Shown: positions 11,372-23,364, counted from the first letter of the stretch. The stretch is 64,000 nt of DNA from an uncultured Pseudomonadota bacterium (GCA_963737345.1 CAVTSM010000005.1:334064-398063), one strand, 5' to 3'. The notes: generated by a model from the letters alone, not told the origin. Translations and numbers: made by a program.

Positions 11372-12424
11372 TCAGGCGCCCCGCGCCGCCAGGGGGACGG
11401 CGATGGGCGCCCCCCACGACGGGCCGGTGCTGGCCGAGGCCGGCTTGCCCGACTCCACGAGCTGCGCCTGCGGGCGTCGTGCGTGGGTCGACTGGTAGCG
11501 GCCCACCACGATGGTGACCCGGTCGGGGTAGAGAAAAAGCGCGCCAGATAGCCCCACCGATTCGGGCGGCATGGCGTACGACTGGCCGTCGTGAACGACC
11601 AGACCGCGCGGGCCCACCAGAACGGGGAAGCGCAGCGCCAAGTCGTTCGGTTCGACCTTGAGCGGCCGCAAGCGTTGGCGCTCTTCGGCCAGCAGCACCC
11701 AGGCCGAGCGCCCGCCCGATTCCGTTTGGGGCTGTTCGTTTTCCTTCCGAATCCAGGCCGAAAGCTGGCGGGCAACGTCGGCTTCGTCGGTGAAGATGCT
11801 GTCCTTGAAGAAGCCGAGCTTCAGCCAGTTGCCGAGGTTCGTCCCGGGGCCGCGATCCGGGCCGCGCCGCGCCCGAACTTCGACCCCCAGGCCCAGCTGC
11901 AGCGCCACGTAAGCGAACACGGGGTCCCATTCGGTGACCTTGCCGTCTTTGTCGGCCGCGACACCAAGCGGCCGGACCCGGTCGAATGCCGCCAACAAAG
12001 GCACGCCGCCCATGACGCCATAGTGGGCGACCAGCATGCGCGCGCAGGTCTCGACCCCTTGGTCGGGGACCACGCACGCCACCGCGAAGCGCGAGTATTC
12101 GAGCCGCGACGCGAACAACGTCACCGATCGCGTGCGACCGTCCTGGAACGTGACGTCGACTTGGCCGAACCCGTGGCGGGCAATCTCACCCGGGACCTTC
12201 TCGTGCTCGGTCATCGGGCGACTGCGACGCGGCCGGACACTGGCGATGAGCGAATAAAGCGCACTCTTGCCCCCCTCATACCCGGCCTCTCGGGCCCGGC
12301 GGACGATCTCCAGAGATCGCAGATTCGGCTGCCGAAGCAGCGAATCGACGACAAACTGTCGGAATGGCTGAGCTTTCGACGGCCTTCCGACGCTTCGCTT
12401 TTTTGAACTAGTTTCTTCGTTCAC
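11372..12424 (-). CDS. IS21-family IstA-like protein (HTH plus integrase-core/DDE domain), solitary
   Basis: 350-aa ORF. It has an N-terminal HTH region (KKRSVGRPSKA...LEIVRRAREAGYEGG) followed by an rve-like core (GQVDVTF..., AAFDRVRP...). There is no istB partner. I saw no terminal inverted repeats. Confidence 0.55.
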   Translation of the reverse strand: MNEETSSKKRSVGRPSKAQPFRQFVVDSLLRQPNLRSLEIVRRAREAGYEGGKSALYSLIASVRPRRSRPMTEHEKVPGEIARHGFGQVDVTFQDGRTRSVTLFASRLEYSRFAVACVVPDQGVETCARMLVAHYGVMGGVPLLAAFDRVRPLGVAADKDGKVTEWDPVFAYVALQLGLGVEVRARRGPDRGPGTNLGNWLKLGFFKDSIFTDEADVARQLSAWIRKENEQPQTESGGRSAWVLLAEERQRLRPLKVEPNDLALRFPVLVGPRGLVVHDGQSYAMPPESVGLSGALFLYPDRVTIVVGRYQSTHARRPQAQLVESGKPASASTGPSWGAPIAVPLAARGA

Positions 12425-12504
12425 CCCCCTATGTACGACCAGCCCCCATCCGTGGATACATGGAAGGGGAAGATTTTTTTACCGGTCCCCCGGGCAGGTG
12501 GAGC

Positions 12505-13601
12505 TCAAGCACCCGTCTTGAGGGCCCGCCGCGCCGTCCACCGTTCCAGCGCCAGCTCGATGAGGCGGGTTAGCAGGGCCTTTTGCGGTACCCCCGAGGC
12601 TTCCCACATCTTCGGGTACATCGACAGCGCGGTGAAGCCGGGAATCGTGTTCACTTCGTTGACGTAAAGCGCCGGCTGGGCGCCCCCGCGTTCCAGGAAG
12701 AAGTCGACCCGCGCCATCCCGGCCAGTTCCAACGTGCGGAATGTCTGAAGCGCCAGCGACTGGACGCGGGCCGTGAGCGCGGCCGGGATGTCGGCAGGAA
12801 TGCGAAAGCTGGCGCCGTCCGCGTCGACGTACTTGGCCTGATACGAATAAAACCCGTCGGCGTGATGAACCAGGATCTCGCTGGGGACGGAGGCGACCGG
12901 ATCGTCGTTTCCCAGGACGGCGCATTCAATCTCGCGCGCGTCGACAGCGCGCTCGATGAGCACCTTGCGGTCGAATTGCAGCGCCGCGCGCACGGCCGGC
13001 GCCAGCCCGGCCCGGTCGCGCACCCGGGTGACACCCACCGACGAGCCGGCGTTGGACGGCTTCACGAAAACGGGGAATCCAAACGCGGCAGCCGGCCCCA
13101 GCGCCGCCTCCGCGTCGCGCGCGAACGCCGCGGCGGTGACCAGCACGAAGTCGACGACCGGAATGCCCGCGTCGCGCAGCAGGCGCTTGGCGACGTCCTT
13201 GTCCATGCCGACCGCCGAGCCGAGCACGCCCGCGCCGACATAAGCGACGTCCGCCAGGTCCAGCAGCCCCTGCACGGTGCCGTCCTCGCCGAACGTGCCG
13301 TGCAGCACCGGGAACACGACGGTGTCGGTGGTCGCGCCGCCGGCCGCCGGGCCGTGAATCAGCGCTGCCTCCACCCCCACCGGCGGCGCCGCTGGGTCCA
13401 GCGCCAGCGCCCGCGGGTCGCCGGTGGCCCCGGCCAACGTCCGTTCGGATTCCAGGCGCCACTGCCCGGCCCGATCCACGCCGACCAGGATGGGCTCGAA
13501 CCGATCGCGATCCAGCGCCGCCACCACGTTGCGGGCCGACAGGATGGACACCTCGTGCTCTGCCGAGCGCCCGCCGAACAGGATCACCACGCGCGTCTTT
13601 G

Positions 13602-13605
<4 letters not shown>
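12505..13605 (-). CDS. ddl: D-alanine--D-alanine ligase
   Basis: 366-aa ORF with the Ddl N-terminus VVILFGGRSAEHEVS, ATP-grasp motifs VFVKPSNAGSSVGV and EVNTIPGFT. Confidence 0.93.
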
Positions 13606-15689
<2,084 letters not shown>

Positions 15690-15702
15690 TTCAGCCGGCC
15701 TT

Positions 15703-17061
15703 TCAGCGGTCGAGCCCGTGCATGCGGCGCCGCAGCCAAGGAGTCACGGCCGCCAGCGCGCCCGCCGCCACCAGCGACATGACCACGAACATGAAATAGA
15801 AGTCTGCCTGACCGCCGAACAGATGGAACAGCTCGCCGCGCGCGACCCGATCGGTGAGCGCCGCCAGCTGCCCCGCGATCAGCTCGGCGATGGCCGTCGA
15901 CAAGAACCAAACGCCCATCATCAGCGCCGACAACTTCAGCGGAGCCAGCTTGGTCACCAGCGAAAGCCCGATGGGCGAAAGACAGAGCTCGCCGAAGGTG
16001 TGGAAAGCGTAGGCCAGCGTCAGCCACCACGCGCTCACGAGGGCGACCTCAGCGCCGCCGTGGTCGCTGCGCCTGGCGCCAGCCACCATGAACATGAACC
16101 CAACCGCCAGCAGGATCAGGGCGCCCGTCATCTTGGCGGGCGTGCTGGGCTCGCGCCCGCGACGGCCGAGGCGCGTCCAGGCCGACGCGAAGAACGGGCC
16201 GGCCAGGATCAAGACGGCCGGGTTGATCGACTGGAACCAGGACGCGGGCACCACGAACTGACCCAACGCGCGATTCGTCCGCTGCTCGGCGAAGAAGTTC
16301 ATCGACGAGGCCGCCTGTTCGAACGCGATCCAGAAGGGAATCGTGAAGATCATGATGACCAGGAGCGCCGCCAGGCGATCCCGCTCGTCGCGGGTCAGTG
16401 GTCCGGTCGCGTGCGTCTCGACCGCGCGCGCGCGGCTGGGCTGGTCGCCGATGTCGCCCAGGTAGCGGCGCTTGAGGCGCAGGTACAGCGCCAGCCCGCA
16501 CAGCATCCCCACGCCCGCGCACCCGAAGCCGTAGTGCCAGCCCCAGCGCGGGCTCTCGCCCAGGTACCCGCAGGCCAGCTGACCCAGGAGCGCGCCCACG
16601 TTCACGCCCATGTAGAAAATCGTGAAGCCGCCGTCGCGGCGCGGGTCGTGCTCGCCGTAGAGCTGCCCGACCATCGTCGAGGCGTTGACCTTGAAGAAGC
16701 CGGTGCCGATCGCGACCAACCCCATACCGAGGAAGAAGGTCGGCGCCGTCGGCACCGCCATGCAGAAGTGGCCGGCCGCGATGATCGCGCCCCCCACGAC
16801 CATCGATCGATGCGTCCCCCACCAGCGATCCGCGACCACGCCGCCCAGGACCGGCAGCGCGTAGGCGGCGAACCCGTACCAGCCGAACAGGCGGCTGGCG
16901 GACGCCGCCGACCAGCCCATCCCGCCGCGCGCGCTGTCGGCGATGAACAGCACCAGGATCGCGCGCATGCCGTAGTACGAGAAGCGCTCCCACATCTCGA
17001 CCAGGAACAGCAGGAACAGTCCCGGCGGCTGGCCGCGCCGGGTCGGCGCCGGGTCGGTCAC
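15703..17061 (-). CDS. POT/PTR2-family proton-dependent oligopeptide transporter
   Basis: 452-aa polytopic ORF with the ExxERFxYYG motif (EMWERFSYYGMR). Confidence 0.9.
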   Translation of the reverse strand: MTDPAPTRRGQPPGLFLLFLVEMWERFSYYGMRAILVLFIADSARGGMGWSAASASRLFGWYGFAAYALPVLGGVVADRWWGTHRSMVVGGAIIAAGHFCMAVPTAPTFFLGMGLVAIGTGFFKVNASTMVGQLYGEHDPRRDGGFTIFYMGVNVGALLGQLACGYLGESPRWGWHYGFGCAGVGMLCGLALYLRLKRRYLGDIGDQPSRARAVETHATGPLTRDERDRLAALLVIMIFTIPFWIAFEQAASSMNFFAEQRTNRALGQFVVPASWFQSINPAVLILAGPFFASAWTRLGRRGREPSTPAKMTGALILLAVGFMFMVAGARRSDHGGAEVALVSAWWLTLAYAFHTFGELCLSPIGLSLVTKLAPLKLSALMMGVWFLSTAIAELIAGQLAALTDRVARGELFHLFGGQADFYFMFVVMSLVAAGALAAVTPWLRRRMHGLDR

Positions 17062-18224
17062 GAGGCGGGCGGCGCCAGCGGGTCGACCGGCGCTGGCGTC
17101 GCGGCCGGAGGCGACGGGTCAGGTGGGGATGGGGGCGGAGGCGCGGGGGCGCGCGGCGGGGGAGGCAGCGCCGGCGGCAACGTGTTCAGGAAGGCCGCCA
17201 CCATGCGGTCCACGTCCTCGGGCCTGTTCGCCTCCAGGTCCAGCGACTGCCGCGCGTGCCAGAGCACGTGGCCGTCGTAGGTCGAGACCAACGTCATCGA
17301 GACGTAGACTTCGTCACCGGCGAACATCGGATCCTCGTACCCGACGCTGCCGTCGTGGGTGATGACCGGCTCGTCGATGGGTACCACGATGCCGACGTCG
17401 ATGCCGCCGCCCACGTAGACGGGGCCGCCGCCGCGCGGGCGACCGACCGGGCGGACCCCGCCGCGCCATCCGCCGACGGGCGGCGCGCCGGTCGTGCGCG
17501 AGGCGATGGCCGGCGCCGCACCCCGCGCGGGCACGCGCAGGGGCGCCGCCGGTGGGGCGCGGCCCGCCGCCGGCGCGCGGAAGCCGGGCGAAGAGCGCGA
17601 CGGCGCGGCGCGCCCGCCGCCTCCGCCGCCGCTCTTGCTGCTGGACATGGCCACGATGATCGCGGCGATGATGACCACGATGAAGACGACGGCCAGAACC
17701 GTCGCGGCCTGCTTGCCCGGCGTCGTGACCACACCTTTGACGTTGACGTAAAGGACCGCGCCCGCCTGCGTCGCCCATCCGACGCGCGCGGCCAGCTCGG
17801 GCGCGATCTGCGCCGGTGTCGCCACCTGACCGGTGACCGCGCCGTCGGCGCTGTTTCCGAACATCACGATGCTACGGGCCAGGCCGCCCACCTCGTCGCC
17901 GCCGACCAGCAGGGCGCCGTCGGGCCCGTGAACGCCGTCCCAGGCCGTCGAGAGGTCGACGTCGTAGCCGCGACGGCTCAACCCGGCGGACACCGCCCGC
18001 AGCGTCTCGGCCGAGACCTGCTGCCCCAGTGCGGCCGACGCCGCCGGATCGTTGTCGCCGAGCTCGTCCAAGACCAGGAACACGTCCGGCGGCAACACCG
18101 CGATTCGCCCGGGCGTGTACGCGCGGGCGGCGAACGCGGGATCGATCTGCGGGGTCACCGTCGTCGCGCACCCGACCCAAGCCAACAGCGCGAGCGGCAT
18201 CGCGAGGCGATAAAGGAAGCTCAC
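17058..18224 (-). CDS. hypothetical lipoprotein/membrane protein with Pro/Ala-rich C-terminal half
   Basis: It has a lipobox LLAWVGC, one central TM segment (VLAVVFIVVIIAAIIVA) and a long low-complexity G/P/A/R tail. The start is uncertain: GTG at 18224 or ATG at 18200, and the track ORF extends to 18293. Confidence 0.55.
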   Translation of the reverse strand: MSFLYRLAMPLALLAWVGCATTVTPQIDPAFAARAYTPGRIAVLPPDVFLVLDELGDNDPAASAALGQQVSAETLRAVSAGLSRRGYDVDLSTAWDGVHGPDGALLVGGDEVGGLARSIVMFGNSADGAVTGQVATPAQIAPELAARVGWATQAGAVLYVNVKGVVTTPGKQAATVLAVVFIVVIIAAIIVAMSSSKSGGGGGGRAAPSRSSPGFRAPAAGRAPPAAPLRVPARGAAPAIASRTTGAPPVGGWRGGVRPVGRPRGGGPVYVGGGIDVGIVVPIDEPVITHDGSVGYEDPMFAGDEVYVSMTLVSTYDGHVLWHARQSLDLEANRPEDVDRMVAAFLNTLPPALPPPPRAPAPPPPSPPDPSPPAATPAPVDPLAPPAS

Positions 18225-18277
18225 GACCGGACTATATCGCGGGCGTCGGACGCCGCCGCTGGTGTTAGGATGTCGCC

Positions 18278-19021
18278 GTGATCCGGGTCGCATTGCTGGC
18301 CACGGTCCTGGCCGCGGCGGGCACGCCGCTAAAGGTGCAGGTCGACAAGAGCAAGGTCGACCTCAAGGCGCATCGGCTGGAGGTGAAGATGTCTCACCCG
18401 GCCGGCAAGGTGAAGGTGCAGGTCTTCGCCGATTCCGAGGCGCCGCTGGCCGACGAGGAACAGGACTTCAGCGGGCGCCCCGCGGGCACCCCGCTGGTCG
18501 TGAGTTGGAGCCCGTCCAGCGACGCCCCGGTCGGCCGCATCGAAGTGCGCGCCTACGACGCGCAAGGAAACTGGGTCGGGGTCGAGCTGGCCCCCTGGTT
18601 CGTCCCCATCCCGCACGAGGACGTGAACTTCGCGACCGGCTCGGCCGACATTCAGCCCTCCGAAACCCCGAAGCTAGAGGCGGCCTACACCAAGCTCGAG
18701 GAGGTGCTGGCCAAGGATCGCGAACATGGCCGCATGCACCCGGGCATCACCCTCTACATCGCCGGCCACACCGACACCGTCGGAAGTGCCTCGAGCAACC
18801 TGAAGCTCTCGCAGGACCGCGCCCGGTCAATCGCCGCCTGGTTCCGCAAGCGCGGCGTCAAGCTCCCTGTCGCCTTCGAGGGTTTCGGCGAGACCTCGCC
18901 CGAGGTGAAGACCGCCGACAACGTCGACGAGCCCAAGAACCGCCGCGTCGATTACGTCCTTTCCGACGGGCCGCCGACTTATTCAGCCGCCTTCAAGCCA
19001 AGCTGGAAGCGGATCCCCTGA
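18278..19021 (+). CDS. OmpA-family peptidoglycan-binding protein
   Basis: 247-aa ORF with a signal peptide and a C-terminal OmpA domain (IAGHTDTVGS...NLKLSQDRA...NRRVDYV). Confidence 0.85.
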   Translation: MIRVALLATVLAAAGTPLKVQVDKSKVDLKAHRLEVKMSHPAGKVKVQVFADSEAPLADEEQDFSGRPAGTPLVVSWSPSSDAPVGRIEVRAYDAQGNWVGVELAPWFVPIPHEDVNFATGSADIQPSETPKLEAAYTKLEEVLAKDREHGRMHPGITLYIAGHTDTVGSASSNLKLSQDRARSIAAWFRKRGVKLPVAFEGFGETSPEVKTADNVDEPKNRRVDYVLSDGPPTYSAAFKPSWKRIP

Positions 19022-19071
19022 ACGGGCGCCGGTGACCGGCCGAGCCGAAGTCCGCGGCGGTTTGCTAGATT

Positions 19072-19683
19072 TTGCGCATCGACGGCGCCGGCCCCATCCA
19101 CACCGTGTTCCTGCTGTCGCCCGCCAACTTGGGCGGGCAGCGAGCCAGGATGGTCTTCAATCCGGCGGCCACCTTCCCCGTCGCGCGCCAGCTCCATTGT
19201 GGCCAAGGCGCCACCATTCGCGACGTTTTCAGCTTCGTGAGCGGCCTCTATTTCCGAGGCAAGGCCACGTACGCGCAGGCGTTTGAACGACCGCCGGCCG
19301 AGGACCTGGGCGCGTTGGTCATCTGCCCGGGCGAGGGGCTTCGTCTGTTGAACGAAACGGTCACGGTAGAGCGACTTCGTGGGTGGGCCGAAGTCGCCGT
19401 CGACGAAGACAACCGCGACTTCACCGCGCCGTTGATCGAAGACGCAGCCGCCCTGGAACGCGCCTACGGTGCGACGACCCGGTTCGTTCTGCTGGGCAGC
19501 GTGGCGTCCGACAAATACGTCCGCCCGCTGACTCACGTCTTCGGCGACCACCTCTGGTTCCCGTCCGCGTTCGTCGGCCGCGGCGACATGAGTCGCGGCG
19601 CCCTCATGTTGAAGGCCGCCCGCGCCGCCGAAGAGCTGGAGTACCTTCCCGTGGAACAAAGCGTCCGTCGCAGCCGGCGGTGA
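19072..19683 (+). CDS. conserved-looking hypothetical protein
   Basis: 203-aa ORF with good codon bias. No domain recognised. Confidence 0.5.
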   Translation: MRIDGAGPIHTVFLLSPANLGGQRARMVFNPAATFPVARQLHCGQGATIRDVFSFVSGLYFRGKATYAQAFERPPAEDLGALVICPGEGLRLLNETVTVERLRGWAEVAVDEDNRDFTAPLIEDAAALERAYGATTRFVLLGSVASDKYVRPLTHVFGDHLWFPSAFVGRGDMSRGALMLKAARAAEELEYLPVEQSVRRSRR

Positions 19684-19751
19684 AGGCCCGAGAAGCGAAG
19701 CGAGCCGACACGTGCGCGTCGTCGCTGCCAGCTCCGTCTATCGTGGACCGG

Positions 19752-20174
19752 CTACCCGAGCGGCTGGGCGAGTCCGATGAGAATTCCTTCGGGACCACGG
19801 ACGTAGCAGAGCCGGTAGATGTCTTCGTAGTTGACGACTTCATCGACGACCGTTGCGCCGAGCTTCCTGAGCCGCGCGACGGTGTCGTCGATGTCGTCGA
19901 CCGCGAACATGACCCGCAGGTATCCCAACGAGTTCACAGGGGCTGTCCGGTGATCGGACGCGATAGCGGGCGCGTCGAAGCGCGAGAGCTCGATACGGCC
20001 GTGGCCATCGGGCGTGCGCATCATGGCGATCTCGACGCGCTGGCCGTGCAGCCCGGTGACCCGGCCGGCCCATTCCCCTTCGACCGGCATCCGGCCTTCG
20101 AGCACCAGGCCAAGCTCCGTAAAAAATGTGATGGCGACATCCAGGTCTTCCACCACGATGCCGACGTTATCCAT
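19752..20174 (-). CDS. VOC/glyoxalase-family protein
   Basis: It begins MDNVGIVVEDLD..., a typical glyoxalase/bleomycin-resistance fold. The track ORF extends to 20273, but that extension looks non-coding. Confidence 0.75.
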   Translation of the reverse strand: MDNVGIVVEDLDVAITFFTELGLVLEGRMPVEGEWAGRVTGLHGQRVEIAMMRTPDGHGRIELSRFDAPAIASDHRTAPVNSLGYLRVMFAVDDIDDTVARLRKLGATVVDEVVNYEDIYRLCYVRGPEGILIGLAQPLG

Positions 20175-20285
20175 ACGCCTGACTGTCACGACGCCTCCGT
20201 GGCGGTAGTAGAGACGCGGATTTTCAGTGAGGCATCGAGTACGGTCGGACTCACAGCGTCGACTGTAGCGCATCCATCGTCAGCG

Positions 20286-20435
20286 GGTTAACCGACCTGC
20301 CGTTCAGCAGCGAACGCCGAGGTCGCGTTCGAGCGTATGCTCGCGAGGAGCCGCGGCTTAGCCCCTGGCGTCGCGGCGCGAGCGAAGTTCTGCGCGCACC
20401 GCGTGATGTTCGGCTGCTGCAACGGCTTGTTACGC
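20286..20435 (-). repeat. attC-like site 1 (150 bp, long class)
   Basis: On the + strand it reads GGTTAAC...GCCGTTCAGCAGCGAACGCC...GTTCGGCTGCTGCAACGGC..GTTACGC. The palindrome arms carry unpaired bases on the + strand 3' arm. It ends 1 nt from the stop of ORF 20437..20793. Confidence 0.75.
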
Positions 20436-20436
20436 C

Positions 20437-20793
20437 TCAGACCGGTGCGAATGCATCGGGCGAGGACTTGAACACCTCGCGAAGTCGGTGAGTGATGACT
20501 TCATCGTCGGGAATCACGGCCCAATACTGGCGGTCAGCCGTGTCCTCATCCAACGACGGAGCCACCTCCAACACTCGGCCAGCGGGAGCCAGCGCGAAGA
20601 ACTCGAAGCCCCGCATCGCTGCGCGAATCTCATCTTGGGACAGCAGTTCGAGAGCGTGGTGGACGCCTCCATTCATCACGAGTCCGTGGACACGCAGCAG
20701 AGCTGCCAGCGCGAGGTCCCCTTCGCGTGGTACTGCGCCACCACATTCAAGGGCGGCTCGGTTCCAAACGCGGGCTTCGACGGAAAGGTCCAT
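20437..20793 (-). CDS. cassette 1: hypothetical 118-aa protein
   Basis: A single ORF fills the interval between attC1 and attC2. It appears helical. No domain recognised. Confidence 0.6.
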   Translation of the reverse strand: MDLSVEARVWNRAALECGGAVPREGDLALAALLRVHGLVMNGGVHHALELLSQDEIRAAMRGFEFFALAPAGRVLEVAPSLDEDTADRQYWAVIPDDEVITHRLREVFKSSPDAFAPV

Positions 20794-20806
20794 GGCGAGG
20801 ATGTCC

Positions 20807-20959
20807 GGCTAACGTCCTGCCGTTCAGCAACGAACGCCAAGGCGCGTTCGAGCGTAACACGGCCGCGAGGAGCGGCGGGAGTAGCCCGCGGCGTCGCGGC
20901 ACGAGACCGCCTCCGAGCGGATACGCGTGGCGTTCGGCTCCTGCAACGGCCGGTTGGCA
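20807..20959 (-). repeat. attC-like site 2 (153 bp, long class)
   Basis: It reads GGCTAAC...GCCGTTCAGCAACGAACGCC...GGCGTTCGGCTCCTGCAACGGC..GTTGGCA. It shares the CGCGAGGAGC.GCGG...AGCCC..GGCGTCGCGGC core with attC1 and attC4. Confidence 0.75.
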
Positions 20960-20963
20960 GCAC

Positions 20964-21278
20964 TCACGCGGCTGGATCGGTCTTGCTCCATTTTGGCAAC
21001 CCGCAGTGCAGGCAGCGCGAAGCGAATGGATTCTTCCGGACGCGGGACCAGAAAAAGCGGCTTCTGCACCTGGGACAACGCCAAAGAACGCTAACGATGC
21101 TGGTCGTCTGAAAGACTAGGAGCCAGACGACGAGCAAGAAGACCGGCGGGCGCGGGCTCAAGGGGTAGGCAAGCCACCCAAAAAGAAGGAACCAGGACAC
21201 TGAGGTCCAGGCAGCGTAGGACCTCCAACTGGCCGCGTACGGCCTTTCCACAGCTGAGACACTCATCGACCTGTGCAA
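20964..21278 (-). CDS. cassette 2: small membrane protein with C-terminal zinc-ribbon
   Basis: 104 aa with two hydrophobic helices (WTSVSWFLLFGWLAY and VFLLVVWLLVFQTTSIVSVLW), followed by CPRC-x16-CLHC. Confidence 0.6.
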   Translation of the reverse strand: MHRSMSVSAVERPYAASWRSYAAWTSVSWFLLFGWLAYPLSPRPPVFLLVVWLLVFQTTSIVSVLWRCPRCRSRFFWSRVRKNPFASRCLHCGLPKWSKTDPAA

Positions 21279-21289
21279 CCCGCTTGTCT

Positions 21290-21351
21290 GTCCAACGTCG
21301 TGGCGTTAACCCGCGGGCCGAAGGCCCGTCGGGTTCAACGCCGGGTTCGAC
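21290..21351 (-). repeat. attC-like site 3 (62 bp, short class)
   Basis: It reads GTCCAAC-GTCGTG-GCGTTAACCCGCGGGCC-GAA-GGCCCG(T)CGGGTT(C)AACGCC-GG-GTTCGAC. The RYYYAAC box is perfect. Two unpaired bases lie on the + strand 3' arm. Confidence 0.85.
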
Positions 21352-22513
21352 GGCGGAACCTCGCGCACCTGCAAGCATCGCCGTTTGACAAGGGCCTTGG
21401 CTGCCTTGGCCAGATCTCCCTTGGTCTCATCTGGTCTGAGTTCGCCGCTCTCCAACAACTCGACGTCGGCCATGATGGTCTCGGCAAGGAGTGACCGAGC
21501 ACGTGGAGCAAGGCGTTCAAAGTCCTGCTGCTCGCGCGCGGTACCGTGTGCCGCTCGACTGCGGAGCTCGTAGATTCGCTTCAAATCGCTATCGACCTCC
21601 TCTTCGAGTCTCGACGACAAGAGCGTCGCACCGTGGAGACAGAACTTGTAGGTCGACTCACCGGGATCTGGGACGAGCAATGACTCGAGCCCGATCGCGG
21701 CTTCGAGGAGCGAATCACGGGCGGTTGGAGACGTGTGTGACCTGCCCAAGAGCCACATGATCGACTCGAGTTCCGGCGCGACCGACATCAGCTTGTCCAC
21801 GCGCTGAAGCAGCTTGGAAGCCTCGCGGACGACACTCTCATCGAGCCTGATGATGCTTCGGGCACCATTTCGAAACGTGGTCGTGTCTTGGCGTCGAATG
21901 GTCGGTCCCTTCCAACCGCTCGGCGAGCGCAGGATGACTCCACCTTCACCGAAGGTCAGGACCGAATTGGCGGCGATCATCAGGGCCCACTTCACGAAGT
22001 CAATCTCACGGGTAACTGCCTGGATCGCAGTGCCGTCGGCCGCCGCGGTCGCGAGCACTCCCTCTAAATTGATTTCAAGCAGGCCCGGACTTGCCCAAGT
22101 CGACGGATCATCGTCCACGTATTCGTGATGATACCGGGTCAAAAAAAGACACCGCTCGTCGAGCGACCAGGAGCGAAGGGCGACGCCGGGCCTTAGCGTC
22201 ACGGACAGGTTATCGGGGACGTGGGCCAAACTGAGAGGGCACAGCGCCTTTACGGAACGACGCTCCGAGCAAACGGTCCGGGCCACATCAAGAGCCGCCG
22301 CTTCCGCATCAGCCGGATCGACCTCCCAGGGAGCGTAAGTGCCAGAGTCAGCCAACTGACGTGTTGCTGATAGAGAACAAAGGTACAGAAGCGGTACCTG
22401 AACGAGGTCAGTCCATGTGAAGTCGGCCCATGCTTCCTTGCCGGGAACTCCCTCCCCGTCCTGGCTGATCTTCTTCGGCAAGGCACCGGTATCCCAGAGA
22501 TAGTCGATTAGGC
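21306..22513 (-). pseudogene. cassette 3, C-terminal fragment of an IS66-disrupted gene (Apea-like HEPN C-terminal domain)
   Basis: In track ORF 21306..22574, the first 20 codons and the first base of codon 21 are read from the IS66 left end. Native sequence resumes at ...RLIDYLWDTG. The C-terminus contains ...AAIGLESLL...LKRIYELRSRAAHG (Rx4H). Confidence 0.8.
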
Positions 22514-22572
22514 GTAACCGTCCGACCGACGACGTCTTACCGCGCCCGTAGCCGACGGGCAGTCTGGCGTGC

Positions 22573-22911
22573 ATGAAGCAGCGAGAAGAGAGACGTCAGT
22601 TCTGGTCGGCGCTTGTGGCGCGATTCGAGAAGAGCGGGCGGTCCCGAAGGGAATTCGCGGCCGACGCGGGCGTCGGGCTCGCGATCTTCCAGTACTGGCT
22701 CTACAAGCTTCGGCGTGAGCGCACGACGGTCGCCGCCAGCAGGGCCGCTGTCCCAGAGGTCCGTTTGGTACCGGTCACCGTCAAGGCGCGGCCGGTTCCG
22801 ACTCGGCTCGAGCTCCGTGTCGCCGGCATACGGCTCCGGGTCCCCGTTGGCGCGGACGCCGGATACGTCGCGCAGCTGGCGATGGCGCTCCGCGAGGGGC
22901 GTTCGTGCTGA
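22573..22911 (+). CDS. tnpA: IS66 accessory protein TnpA (orfA)
   Basis: 112 aa with an HTH-like N-terminus (RREFAADAGVGLAIFQYWLYKL). It is the first ORF of the IS66 unit. Confidence 0.85.
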   Translation: MKQREERRQFWSALVARFEKSGRSRREFAADAGVGLAIFQYWLYKLRRERTTVAASRAAVPEVRLVPVTVKARPVPTRLELRVAGIRLRVPVGADAGYVAQLAMALREGRSC

Positions 22912-23279
22912 CGCTCCCGCCGAGCGTTCGGATCTATCTCGCGATCGGCCAGGTGGACATGCGCCGCGGGCACGATGGGTTGGCGGCCATCGTCCACGGG
23001 CAATGGAAGCTCGATCTGTACGGCGGCCATCTCTTTGTCTTCCTCGGCCGCCGCGCCGACCGCTGCAAGATCTTGTTCTGGGATCGGGGCGGCTTCGTCC
23101 TCTACTACAAGCGCCTCGAGCGCGGGCGATTTCGCCTGCCACGCGTCGCCGCCGACGCGGTCTCTGTCGCGATCGACGCCACCGAGCTGGCGATGCTGCT
23201 CGACGGGATCGACGTCGTCGCGGTGAAGCGGCCCCCAAAATGGGAGCCGACCTCGCTCGCGGCCGCCTCGCCCGCGTAG
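22905..23279 (+). CDS. tnpB: IS66 accessory protein TnpB (orfB)
   Basis: 124 aa with the characteristic VRIYLAIGQVDMRRGHDGL...LFVFLGRRADRCKILFWDRGGF. It overlaps tnpA by 7 nt. Confidence 0.9.
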   Translation: MLTLPPSVRIYLAIGQVDMRRGHDGLAAIVHGQWKLDLYGGHLFVFLGRRADRCKILFWDRGGFVLYYKRLERGRFRLPRVAADAVSVAIDATELAMLLDGIDVVAVKRPPKWEPTSLAAASPA

Positions 23280-23364
23280 AAATAGCTGGATCATTCCGAT
23301 CGCTTGCGCCGCCTCTACAGAAAGGGGATCGACAGGATCGGCGCGGTATGATCAAACATGATCG

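Noticed and set aside
22506-22513. The IS66 target duplication GATTAGGC resembles an attC core (GTTAGGC).
   Set aside because: No flanking palindrome or inverse core is present, and it lies inside a continuous reading frame. I treat the resemblance as coincidental.
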